A stretch of 64,000 nucleotides of DNA from Eledone cirrhosa (taxonomy: Eukaryota), in the NCBI GenBank assembly GCA_964016885.1, contig OZ024741.1:272676001-272740000 (forward strand), written 5' to 3'. Positions within the stretch are counted from its first letter, which is position 1, and the number at the start of each line of letters is the position of its first letter. The position numbers were made by a program, and so were the translations under genes. Under the pieces are notes generated by a model. It was not told the DNA's origin, did not search any database, and was given only the letters and a program-made list of their open reading frames with translations. Shown piece by piece: positions 26,031 through 40,800 of this stretch.

Positions 26031-26362
26031 GTATACCTATAAATTAATTTAATTTCCTGTTATGTATCTAGATTCCTTGTAGTTTAAATAAGATTGGTAT
26101 TTCTCACTACTACCCTTATCCCAAAATTTTACTTTCCTTCGTTTTTAACAACATTCTTTAATAACATCTAATTCTTATTTATCACATTCATATGAATTAA
26201 TATAACTTTATCCCTATAAGTATACCTATCAATTGATTTAACTTCTTGTTATAGATCTAGATTCCTTGTGGTTTAAATAAGATTGGTATCTCTCACTAAT
26301 ACCCTTACCCTAAAATTTTATTTTCATTCGTTTTTAACATTATTCTTTAATAACATCAAATT
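26031..26362. repeat. Diverged direct duplication with ~189-bp period
   Basis: GTATACCTAT...TCTAGATTCCTTGT.GTTTAAATAAGATTGGTAT at 26031 and 26220. Confidence 0.8.
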
Positions 26363-26586
26363 TTCGTGTACCTTTCACTATCTCCTTGGCTTGACCTCTT
26401 TTCATCCCCAAAGTATTCTTTTCATTCAAAACATAAGTCTGCACTCCTCTACCCCTAAATTAAATTTCTACTAGTACTATTCTATCAACTTGACCTCTAA
26501 CTACTTTTCTATTGGTCAATTCAAAACCTGTTCCCAAACAGATCTTTTATATTAAATCTTTGTTTGTTTTTTTCAATAAACACATC

Positions 26587-26722
26587 TCATCATTTCTGAG
26601 GAAGGCTTGTATATGTGAAGGTATGTATATTTTCTCTGATAATTTGTAATCTTTTTACATAGATCTATATGATATACATACCGACACACATATACATCCC
26701 AGAAACGATTGTAAAATGATGA
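26587..26722 (+). ncRNA. Type I hammerhead ribozyme motif with ~100-nt extended stem II
   Basis: TCATCATTT-CTGAGGA-[tgtatatgtg/cacatataca; ggtatgtatat/atatacatacc]-GAAA-CGATTG-TA-AAATGATGA. 9-bp stem I, GUA triplet. Confidence 0.8.
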
Positions 26723-26994
26723 ATTTTTTAATATAAGGAACTTGTTCTTTGTTTTTATTTCATTGTTTTTATTAATTTATTTCTATATTTCTATATTTCT
26801 ATTGTAGTTTATTTTACATTGGTGTTGTGACAATTTTTATAATATTAGTCATGCTAAGCATGTTGTCCGACACTTACCAATTACTGCTAAACCACTGTCC
26901 TTGTATAATATGAATTACTTTGTATAATATGAACTACTTTGTTTTAAATAAATGTTTCTTTTGTATCATATATATATATATATTTCTATTGTAG

Positions 26995-27499
26995 GTTATT
27001 TTACATTGGTGTTGTGGCAACGTTTATGATAATAGTCACCTACTATTTAGTAAATCTATTCCTGGTTTATAACTCTCACCCAGTGAATAGACAATACACA
27101 GCCAGTCTTCAGGAGAAAATAATATTCCCTGCCGTAACTATGTGTGACATGATGCCGTATGATTTAAAAAATTTAACAATTTTAAAGGAACTTCGGCAAG
27201 GATTGATATCAAAGAATTATTCCAGCCCGTTTTTTTCTCTGGAAGAAAAGACAATATATAATTTAATTTACTTAGATGAAAACAATGATATAGTATCTAA
27301 GTTTCATTCAGAGAAATTATCTGCTGATGACTGGAACTTCAGGTGGATGGTTACAGATATCGACATGTTTAAATGTTACACGTTCAATGAAGTTAACGAA
27401 ACAGAACCTCGTATTATTCATAAACCAGGTATTAGATATGGACTCGAGATTGTACGTAACTTTTCAGACTTATATGATTATTCCACAACTGGTGTGAAG
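26995..27499 (+). CDS. DEG/ENaC channel exon: TM1 and first part of the extracellular domain
   Basis: TTTCTATTGTAG| acceptor. R-LFYIGVVATFMIIVTYYLVNLF (TM1), FPAVTMC, CYTFN, PGIRYGL, Y..TTGVK. Donor AAG|GTAAGT in phase 0. Confidence 0.92.
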
Positions 27500-27507
27500 G
27501 TAAGTTG

Positions 27508-27564
27508 TCTTCTTCTTCTTCTCCTCCTCCTCCTCCTCCTCCTCCTCCTCCTCCTCCTTCTTCT

Positions 27565-27596
<32 letters not shown>

Positions 27597-27756
27597 TTCT
27601 TTTCTTCTATTCTTCTTCTTCTTCTTCTTTTTCTTTTTCTTCTTCTTCTTCTTCTTCTTCTTCTTCTTCCTCCTCCTCCTCCTCCTCCTCCTCCTCCTCC
27701 TCCTCCTCCTCCTTCTTCTTCTTCTTCTTCTTCTTCTTTTTCTTCTTCTTCTTCTT
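27508..27756. repeat. (CTT)n/(CCT)n microsatellite
   Basis: Direct inspection. Confidence 0.95.
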
Positions 27757-27758
27757 TC

Positions 27759-30727
27759 AAACTGAGTGACAGATTAAGCCTACCACCCAAGTACCAGATG
27801 GTGATGTTAAACTGAGTGACAGATGAAGTCTACCACCCAAGTACCAGATGGTGATGTTAAACTGAGTGACAGATTAAGTCTACCACCCAAGTATCAGATG
27901 GGGATGTTAAACTGAGTGTCAGATTAAGTCTACCACCCAAGTACCAGATGGGGATGTTAAACTGAGTGTCAGATTAAGTCTACCACCCAAGTACCAGATG
28001 GTGGTGTTAAACTGAGTGACAGATTAAGTCTACCACCCAAGTATCAGATGGGGATGTTAAACTGAGTGTCAGATTAAGTCTACCACCCAAGTACCAGATG
28101 GGGATGTTAAACTGAGTGTCAGATTAAGTCTACCACCCAAGTATCAGATGGTGGTGTTAAACTGAGTGTCAGATTAAGTCTACCACCCAAGTACCAGATG
28201 GTGGTGTTAAACTGAGTGACAGATTAAGTCTACCACCCAAGTATCAGATGGGGATGTTAAACTGAGTGTCAGATTAAGTCTACCACCCAAGTACCAGATG
28301 GTGGTGTTAAACTGAGTGACAGATTAAGTCTACCACCCAAGTACCAGATGGTGGTGTTAAACTGAGTGACAGATTAAGTCTACCACCCAAGTATCAGATG
28401 GGGATGTTAAACTGAGTGTCAGATTAAGTCTACCACCCAAGTACCAGATGGTGGTGTTAAACTGAGTGTCAGATTAAGTCTACCACCCAAGTACCAGATG
28501 GTGATGTTAAACTGAGTGACAGATTAAGTCTACCACCCAAGTACCAGATGGTGATGTTAAACTGAGTGACAGATTAAGTCTACCACCCAAGTACCAGATG
28601 GTGGTGTTAAACTGAGTGACAGATTAAGTCTACCACCCAAGTATCAGATGGGGATGTTAAACTGAGTGTCAGATTAAGTCTACCACCCAAGTACCAGATG
28701 GTGGTGTTAAACTGAGTGACAGATTAAGTCTACCACCCAAGTACCAGATGGTGGTGTTAAACTGAGTGACAGATTAAGTCTACCACCCAAGTATCAGATG
28801 GGGATGTTAAACTGAGTGTCAGATTAAGTCTACCACCCAAGTACCAGATGGTGGTGTTAAACTGAGTGTCAGATTAAGTCTACCACCCAAGTATCAGATG
28901 GGGGTGTTAAACTGAGTGACAGATTAAGTCTACCACCCAAGTATCAGATGGGGATGTTAAACTGAGTGACAGATTAAGTCTACCACCCAAGTATCAGATG
29001 GGGATGTTAAACTGAGTGTCAGATTAAGTCTACCACCTAAGTACCAGATGGTGGTGTTAAACTGAGTGACAGATTAAGTCTACCACCCAAGTACCAGATG
29101 GTGATGTTAAACTGAGTGACAAATTAAGTCTACCACCCAAGTACCAGATGGTGGTGTTAAACTGAGTGACAAATTAAGTCTACCACCCAAGTACCAGATG
29201 GTGATGTTAAACTGGGTGACAGATTAAGTCTACCACCCAAGTACCAGATGGTGATGTTAAACTGAGTGACAAATTAAGTCTACCACCCAAGTACCAGATG
29301 GTGGTGTTAAACTGTGTGACAGATGAAGTCTACCACCCAAGTACCAGATGGTGGTGTTAAACTGTGTGACAGATTAAGTCTACCACCCAAGTATCAGATG
29401 GTGATGTTAAACTGGGTGACAGATTAAGTCTACCACCCAAGTACCAGATGGTGATGTTAAACTGGGTGACAGATTAAGTCTACCACCCAAGTATCAGATG
29501 GTGATGTTAAACTGGGTGACAGATTAAGTCTACCACCCAAGTATCAGATGGTGATGTTAAACTGAGTGACAGATTAAGTCTACCACCCAAGTACCAGATG
29601 GTGATGTTAAACTGAGTGACAGATTAAGTCTACCACCCAAGTACCAGATGGTGATGTTAAACTGAGTGACAGATTAAGTCTACCACCCAAGTATCAGATG
29701 GTGATGTTAAACTGGGTGACAGATTAAGTCTACCACCCAAGTATCAGATGGTGATGTTAAACTGAGTGACAGATTAAGTCTACCACCCAAGTACCAGATG
29801 GTGATGTTAAACTGAGTGACAGATTAAGTCTACCACCCAAGTATCAGATGGTGATGTTAAACTGAGTGACAGATTAAGTCTACCAACCAAGTACCAGATG
29901 GTGGTGTTAAACTGAGTGACAGATTAAGTCTACCACCCAAGTACCAGATGGTGATGTTAAACTGGTCGACAGATTAAGTCTACCACCTAAGTACCAGATG
30001 GTGATGTTAAACTGGGTGACAGATTAAGTCTACCACCCAAGTACCAGATGGTGATGTTAAACTGGGTGACAGATTAAGTCTACCACCCAAGTACCAGATG
30101 GTGGTGTTAAACTGAGTGACAGATTAAGTCTACCACCCAAGTACCAGATGGTTGTGTTCAACTGAGTGACAGATTAAGTCTACCACCCAAGTACCAGATG
30201 GTGATGTTAAACTGAGTGACAGATTAAGTCTACCACCCAAGTACCAGATGGTGGTGTTAAACTGAGTGACAGATTAAGTCTACCACCCGAGTACCAGATG
30301 GTGATGTTAAACTGAGTGACAGATGAAGTCTACCTCCCACGTACCAGATGGTGATGTTAAACTGAGTGACAGATGAAGTCTACCTCCCATGTACCAGATG
30401 ATGTTAAACTGAGTGACAGATTAAGTCTACCACCCAAGTACCAGATGGTGGTGTTAAACTGAGTGACAGATTAAGTCTACCACCCGAGTACCAGATGGTG
30501 ATGTTAAACTGAGTGACAGATTAAGTCTACCACCCAAGTACCAGATGGTGGTGTTAAACTGGGTGATAGATTAAGTCTACCACCCGAGTACCAGATGGTG
30601 GTGTTAAACTGAGTGACAGATTAAGTCTACCACCCGAGTACCAGTTGGTGGTGTTAAACTGAGTGACAGATTAAGTCTACCTCCCATGTACCAGATGGTG
30701 ATGTTAAACTGTGTGACAGATTAAGTC
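27759..30727. repeat. 50-bp minisatellite, about 59 copies, intronic
   Basis: Unit ACTGAGTGACAGATTAAGTCTACCACCCAAGTACCAGATGGTGATGTTAA. One 3-bp deletion near 30401. Confidence 0.97.
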
Positions 30728-31376
30728 ATCTTAGTTACATATATAACATTATCTAATACTTTACAGATGTTTGTTTAAGTTGAAATTAAATCAGTTTACA
30801 GTCTTAGTTACATACTTAAAATTATTTAATATATTACAGATTTTTAAATTGAAATTAAGGCAGTTTACAGTCTTAGTTACATATACAACATTGTTTGTCA
30901 CTGTCGAGATCCCAGACATCCTCAGACCCTGTATAGCTTTCTAGAAAACTGGAACGACAATAGCCCCTCTGAGGAAGGGGCCCCGTGCAGTGGGCTGGCT
31001 GTTGTAGTGGGTGCCGCTGGCCATTGTCTGTGGAAATGCCTTTGTAATTTTGTCTGCTGGGTGCAGTTGAAACCCCACTTCAGATGTAGAATCTGTCACC
31101 CACTCCCCTCCCTGTTGCCTAATAATCCTTGCTCTTTCCCTCCTTTCCATCTCATTTATGGCATTTATAGTCCTTTCCTTTACTTTCTATACAATCAGAT
31201 CTGCCCTTCTTTAAACCTTTCCCCCTTTTTTTCATTACTTAATTTTGTTTTTATCCTTTTTTAATATTTTCATCATTGTATAACTTGTGTTCAATAAACA
31301 AAATGTTTTGTTTAAGTTGAAATTAAGGTACTATACAGTTTTAGTTACATACATAACATTCTTTAATATTTTTCAG

Positions 31377-31475
31377 ATATTTATCCACAGTCCCTACAAA
31401 AGGGCCTATGATCAAGATAGCTGTTTTTTTGCAGGACCTGGATTATCTACATTTGCAATTATTCATCCACTAAAG
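31377..31475 (+). CDS. DEG/ENaC channel exon (continuation of the extracellular domain)
   Basis: TTTTTCAG| acceptor in phase 0. GVK|IFIHSPYKRAYDQDSCFFAGPGLSTFAIIHPLK fits the family pattern G-x-x-x-x-I-H...PG-x-x-T. Probable donor AAG|GCAAGG. Confidence 0.82.
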
Positions 31476-31839
31476 GCAAGGAAAATATAACCCTTTATGT
31501 ATTCTATTTACTATATAACACCATCCCCTGTATTTTATAATATTTAACACTTTCATGGCTAGAATTTCTAATGAAATATACTACTTACCCCCTCCTCCTC
31601 ACATGTTGATTGGTATCAAAGGGTTAACCTGATGTTTGGAACATAGATCAACAAAAGTTTTTTTTTCATAAAATTATGATGGGAGGTTTTTAAAATAAAT
31701 ATAAGCACTTCAAAATAAACATCTTTAAACTGCAGAACCTCAGGTTTTAGTTACATATATAATATTTAATATATTACAGATTGTTAAGTTGAAATTAAGG
31801 CAGTTTATAGTCCTAGTTACATATACAAGTAAAATTCTG

Positions 31840-34800
31840 TTATAACAAATACCATTATAACAAATACCATTATAACAAATACCATTATAACAAATACCAT
31901 TATAATGAATACCATTATAACAAATACCATTATAACAAATACCATTATAATGAATACCATTATAACAAATACCATTATAACAAATACCATTATAACAAAT
32001 ACCATTATAACAAATACCATTATAACAAATACCATTATAATGAATACCATTATAACAAATACCATTATAACAAATACCATTATCACAAATACCATTATAA
32101 TGAATACCATTATAACAAATACCATTATAATGAATACCATTATAACAAATACCATTATAACAAATACCATTATAACAAATACCATTATAACAAATACCAT
32201 TATAATGAATACCATTATAACAAATACCATTATAATGGATACCATTATAACAAATACCATTATAACAAATACCATTATAATGAATACCATTATAACAAAT
32301 ACCATTATAACAAATACCATTATAACAAATACCATTATAATGAATACCATTATAACAAATACCATTATAACAAATACCATTATAATGAATACCATTATAA
32401 CAAATACCATTATAACAAATACCATTATAACAAATACCATTATAATGAATACCATTATAATGAATACCATTATAACAAATACCATTATAACAAATACCAT
32501 AATAACAAATACCATTATAATGAATACCATTATAACAAATACCATTATAATGAATACCATTATAACAAATACCATTATAACAAATACCATTATAATGAAT
32601 ACCATTATAATGAATACCATTATAACAAATACCATTATAACAAACACCATTATAATGAATACCATTATAATGAATACCATTATAACAAATACCATTATAA
32701 CAAATACCATTATAACAAATACCATTATAACAAATACCATTATAACAATTACCATTATAATGAATACCATTATAACAAATACCATTATAATGAATACCAT
32801 TATAACAAATACCATTATAACAAATACCATTATAACAAATACCATTATAACAAATACCATTATAACGAATACCATTATAACAAATACCATAATAACAAAT
32901 ACCATTATAACAAATACCATTATAACAAATACCATTATAACAAATACCATTATAACAAATACCATTATAACAAATACCATTATAATGAATACCATTATAA
33001 CAAATACCATTATAATGAATACCATTATAATGAATACCATTATAACAAATACCATTATAACAAATGCCATTATAATGAATACCATTATAACAAATACCAT
33101 TATAACAAATACCATTATAATGAATACCATTATAACAAATACCATTATAACAAATACCATTATAATGAATACCATTATAACAAATACCATTATAACAAAT
33201 ACCATTATAATGAATACCATTATAACAAATACCATTATAACAAATACCATTATAATGAATGCCATTGTAACAAATACCATTATAACAAATACCATTATAA
33301 CAAATACCATTATAACAAATACCATTATAACAAATACCATTATCACAAATACCATTATAACAAATACCATTATAACAAATACCATTATAATGAATACCAT
33401 TATAACAAATACCATTATAACAATTACCATTATAATGAATACCATTATAACAAATACCATTATAATGAATACCATTATAACAAATACCATTATAACAAAT
33501 ACCATTATAATGAATACCATTATAACAAATACCATTATAACAAATACCATTATAATGAATACCATTATAATGAATACCATTATAACAAATACCATTATAA
33601 CAAATACCATTATAACAAATACCATTATAACAAATACCATTATAATGAATACCATTATAACAAATACCATTATAATGAATACCATTATAACAATTACCAT
33701 TATAACAAATACCATTATAACAAATACCATTATAACAAATACCATTATAATGAATACCATTATAACAAATACCATTATAATGAATACCATTATAACAAAT
33801 ACCATTATAACAAATAACATTATAACAAATACCATTATAACAAATACCATTATAACAAATACCATTATAATGAATACCATTATAATGAATACCATTATAA
33901 CAAATACCATTATAACAAATACCATTATAATGAATACCATTATAACAAATACCATTATAACAAACACCATTATAATGAATACCATTATAACAAATACCAT
34001 TATAACAAATACCATTATAATGAATACCATTATAACAAATACCATTATAACAAATACCATTATAATGAATACCATTATAACAAATACCATTATAACAGAT
34101 ACCATTATAATTAATACCATTATAACAAATACCATTATAATGAATACCATTATAACAAATACCATTATAACAAATACCATTATAACAAATACCATTATAA
34201 CAAATACCATTATAACAAATACCATTATAATGAATACCATTATAATGAATACCATTATAACAAATACCATTATAATGAATACCATTATAACAAATACCAT
34301 TATAACAAATACCATTATAACAAATACCATTATAACAAATACCATTATAATGAATACTATTATAACAAATACCATTATAATGAATACCATTATAACAAAT
34401 ACCATTATAACAAATACCATTATAACAAATACCATTATAACAAATACCATTATAATGAATACCATTATAACAAATACCTTAATAACAAATACCATTATAA
34501 CAATTACCATTATAATGAATACCATTATAACAAATACCATTATAATGAATACCATTATAACAAAGACCATTATAACAAATACCATTTTAATGAATACCAT
34601 TATAATGAATACCATTATAACAAATACCATTATAACAAATACCATTATAACAAATACCATTATAATGAATACCATTATAACAAATACCATTATAACAAAT
34701 ACCATTATAACAAATACCATTATAACAAATACCATTATAACAAATACCATTATAATGAATACCATTATAACAAATACCATTATAATGAATACCATTATAA

Positions 34801-37800
34801 CAAATACCATTATAACAAATACCATTATAATGAATACCATTATAACAAATACCATTATAACAAATACCATTATAACAAATACCATTATAACAAATACCAT
34901 TATAATGAATACCATTATAACAAATACCATTATAATGGATACCATTATAACAAATACCATTATAACAAATACCATTATAATGAATACCATTATAATGAAT
35001 ATCATTATAACAAATACCATTATAACAAATACCATTATAACAAGTACCATTATAATGAATACCATTATAACAAATACCATTATAACAAATACCATTATAA
35101 CAAATACCATTATAACAAATACCATTATAATGAATACCATTATAACAAATACCATTATAATGAATACCATTATAACAAATACCATTATAACAAATACCAT
35201 TATAACAAATACCATTATAACAAATACCATTATAATGAATACCATTATAACAAATACCATTATAACAAATACCATTATAACAAATACCATTATAATGAAT
35301 ACCATTATAACAAATACCATTATAATGAATACCATTATAACAAATACCATTATAACAAATACCATTATAACAAATACCATTATAAAAAATACCATTATAA
35401 TGAATACCATTATAACAAATACCATTATAATGGCTACCATTATAACAAATACCATTATAACAAATACCATTATAATGAATACCATTATAATGAATACCAT
35501 TATAACAAATACCATTATAACAAATACCATTATAACAAATACCATTATAATGCATACCATTATAATGAATACCATTATAACAAATACCATTATAATGAAT
35601 ACCATTATAACAAATACCATTATAACAAATACCATAATAATGAATACCATTATAACAAATACCATTATAATGAATACCATTATAACAAATACCATTATAA
35701 CAAATACCATTATAACGAATACGATTATAACAAATACCATTATAACAAATACCATCATAACAAATACCATTATAACAAATACCATTATAACAAATACCAT
35801 TATAATGAATACCATTATAATGAATACCATTATAACAAATACCATTATAACAAATACCATTATAATGAATACCATTATAATGAATACCATTATAACAAAT
35901 ACCATTATAACAAATACCATTATAACAAATACCATTATAACAAATACCATTATAACAATTACCATTATAATGAATACCATTATAACAAATACCATTATAT
36001 TGAATAACATTATAACAAATACCATTATAACAAATACCATTATAACAAATACCATTATAACAAATACCATTATAACGAATACCATTATAACAAATACCAT
36101 AATAACAAATACCATTATAACAAATACCATTATAACAAATACCATTATAACAAATACCATTATAATGAATACCATTATAACAAATACCATTATAACAAAT
36201 ACCATTATAACAAATACCATTATAACAAATACCATTATAATGAATACCATTATAACAAATACCATTATAATGAATACCATTATAATGAATACCATTATAA
36301 CAAATACCATTATAACAAATACCATTATAATGAATACCATTATAACAAATACCATTTTAACAAATACCATTATAATGAATACCATTATAACAAATACCAT
36401 TATAACAAATACCATTATAATGAATACCATTATAACAAATACCATTATAACAAATACCATTATAATGAATACCATTATAACAAATACCATTATAACAAAT
36501 ACCATTATAATGAATGCCATTGTAACAAATACCATTATAACAAATACCATTATAACAAATACCATTATAACAAATACCATTATAACAAATACCATTATAA
36601 TGAATACCATTATAATGAATACCATTATAACAAATACCATTATAACAAATACCATTATAATGAATACCATTATAATGAATACCATTATAACAAATACCAT
36701 TATAACAAATACCATTATAACAAATACCATTATAACAATTACCATTATAATGAATACCATTATAACAAATACCATTATAATGAATAACATTATAACAAAT
36801 ACCATTATAACAAATACCATTATAACAAATACCATTATAACAAATACCATTATAACGAATACCATTATAACAAATACCATAATAACAAATACCATTATAA
36901 CAAATACCATTATAACAAATACCATTATAACAAATACCATTATAATGAATACCATTATAACAAATACCATTATAACAAATACCATCATAACAAATACCAT
37001 TATAACAAATACCATTATGATGAATACCATTATAACAAATACCATTATAATGAATACCATTATAATGAATACCATTATAACAAATACCATTATAACAAAT
37101 ACCATTATAATGAATACCATTATAACAAATACCATTTTAACAAATACCATTATAATGAATACCATTATAACAAATACCATTATAACAAATACCATTATAA
37201 TGAATACCATTATAACAAATACCATTATAACAAATACCATTATAATGAATACCATTATAACAAATACCATTATAACAAATACCATTATAATGAATGCCAT
37301 TGTAACAAATACCATTATAACAAATACCATTATAACAAATACCATTATAACAAATACCATTATAACAAATACCATTATCACAAATACCATTATAACAAAT
37401 ACCATTATAACAAATACCATTATAACAAATACCATTATAACAAATACCATTATAACAAATACCATTATAATGAATATAATTATAACAAATACCATTATAA
37501 CAAACGCCATTATAACAAATACCATTATAATGAATACCATTATAATGAATACCATTATAACAAATACCATTATAACAAATACCATTATAACAAATACCAT
37601 TATAACAAATACCATTATAATGAATACCATTATAACAAATACCATTATAACAAATACCATTATAACAAATACCATTATAACAAATACCATTATAACAAAT
37701 ACCATTATAACAAATACCATTATAATGAATACCATTATAATGAATACCATTATAACAAATACCATTATAACAAATACCATTATAACAAATACCATTATAA

Positions 37801-40800
37801 CAAATACCATTATAACAAATACCATTATAATGAATACCATTATAACAAATACCATTATAATGAATACCATTATAACAAATACCATTATAACAAATACCAT
37901 TATAACAAATACCATTATAACAAATACCATTATAATGAATACCATTATAACAAATACCGTTATAACAAATACCATTATAACAAATACCATTATAATGAAT
38001 ACCAGTATAACAAATACCATTATAACAAATACCATTATAACAAATACCATTATAACAAATACCATTATAATGAATACCATTATAACAAATACCATTATAA
38101 TGAATACCATTATAACAAATACCATTATAACAAATACCATTATAACAAATACCATTATAATGAATACCATTATAACAAATACCATTATAACAAATACCAT
38201 TATAACAAATACCATTATAATGAATACCATTATAACAAATACCATTATAACAAATACCATTATAATGAATTCCATTATAACAAATACCATTATAATGAAT
38301 ACGATTATAACAAATAACATTATAACAAATACCATTATAACAAATACCATTATAACAAATACCATTATAATGAATACCATTATAACAAATACCATTATAA
38401 TGAATACCATTATAACAAATACCATTATAACAAATACCATTATAACAAATACCATTATAACAAATACCATTATAATGAATACCATTATAACAAATACCAT
38501 TATAACAAATACCATTATAACAAATACCATTATAATGAATACCATTATAACAAATACTATTATAATGAATACCATTATAACAAATACCATTATAACAAAT
38601 ACCATTATAACAAATACCATTATAACAAATACCATTATAACAAATACCATTATAATGAATACCATTATAACAAATACCATTATAACAAATACCATTATAA
38701 TGAATACCATTATAACAAATACCATTATAACAAATACCATTATAACAAATACCATTATAATGAATACCATTATAACAAATACCATTATAACAAATACCAT
38801 TATAACAAATACCATTATAACAAATACCATTATAATGAATACCATTATAATGAATACCATTATAACAAATACCATTATAACAAATACCATTATAACAAAT
38901 ACCATTATAATGAATACCATTATAATGAATACCATTATAACAAATACCATTATAACAAATACCATTATAACAAATACCATTATGATGAATACCATTACAA
39001 TGAATACCATTATAATGAATACCATTATAACAAATACCATTATAATGAATACCATTATAACAAATACCATTATAACAAATACCATTATAATGAATACCAT
39101 TATAACAAATACCATTATAACAAATACCATTATAACAAATACCATTATAATGAATACCATTATAACAAATACCATTATAATGGATACCATTATAACAAAT
39201 ACCATTATAACAAATACCATTATAATGAATACCATTATAATGAATACCATTATAACAAATACCATTATAACAAATACCATTATAACAAGTACCATTATAA
39301 TGAATACCATTATAACAAATACCATTATAACAAATACCATTATAACAAATACCATTATAACAAATACCATTATAATGAATACCATTATAACAAATACCAT
39401 TATAACAAATACCATTATAACAAATACCATTATAATGAATACCATTATAACAAATACCATTATAATGAATACCATTATAACAAATACCATTATAACAAAT
39501 ACCATTATAACAAATACCATTATAACAAATACCAGTATAATGAATACCATTATAACAAATACCATTATAATGGATACCATTATAACAAATACCATTATAA
39601 CAAATACCATTATAATGAATACCATTATAACAAATACCATTATAATGAATACCATTATAATGAATACCATTATAACAAATACCATTATAACAAATACCAT
39701 TATAACAAATACCATTATAATGCATACCATTATAATGAATACCATTATAACAAATACCATTATAATGAATACCATTATAACAAATACCATTATAACAAAT
39801 ACCATAATAATGAATACCATTATAATGAATACCATTATAATGAATACCATTATAACAAATACCATTATAACAAATACCATTATAACGAATACGATTATAA
39901 CAAATACCATTATAACAAATACCATTATAACAAATACCATTATAACAAATACCATTATAACAAATACCATTATAATGAATACCATTATAATGAATACCAT
40001 TATAACAAATACCATTATAACAAATACCATTATAATGAATACCATTATAATGAATACCATTATAACAAATACCATTATAACAAATACCATTATAATGAAT
40101 ACCATTATAATGAATACCATTATAACAAATACCATTATAACAAATACCATTATAACAAATACCATTATAACAAATACCATTATAACAATTACCATTATAA
40201 TGAATACCATTATAACAAATACCATTATAATGAATAACATTATAACAAATACCATTATAACAAATACCATTATAACAAATACCATTATAACAAATACCAT
40301 TATAACGAATACCATTATAACAAATACCATAATAACAAATACCATTATAACAAATACCATTATAACAAATACCATTATAACAAATACCATTATAATGAAT
40401 ACCATCATAACAAATACCATTATAACAAATACCATTATAACAAATACCATTATAACAAATACCATTATAATGAATACCATTATAACAAATACCATTATAA
40501 TGAATACCATTATAATGAATACCATTATAACAAATACCATTATAACAAATACCATTATAATGAATACCATTATAACAAATACCATTTTAACAAATACCAT
40601 TATAATGAATACCATTATAACAAATACCATTATAACAAATACCATTATAATGAATACCATTATAACAAATACCATTATAACAAATACCATTATAATGAAT
40701 ACCATTATAACAAATACCATTATAACAAATACCATTATAATGAATGCCATTGTAACAAATACCATTATAACAAATACCATTATAACAAATACCATTATAA

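Noticed and set aside
27500-27769. Poly-L/S/F C-terminus of ORF 27014-27769 as part of the channel
   Set aside because: It is read-through past the GTAAGT donor at 27500 into an intronic (CTT/CCT)n tract.
27759-30727. CRISPR array or hammerhead-containing satellite
   Set aside because: Units are contiguous with no unique spacers and there are no cas genes. CTGAGTGA is not followed by a GAAA core.
30963-31040. CTGAGGA as a possible hammerhead core
   Set aside because: It lies in the loop of a CCCCT/AGGGG hairpin, with no compatible GAAA, stem III or stem I arrangement.
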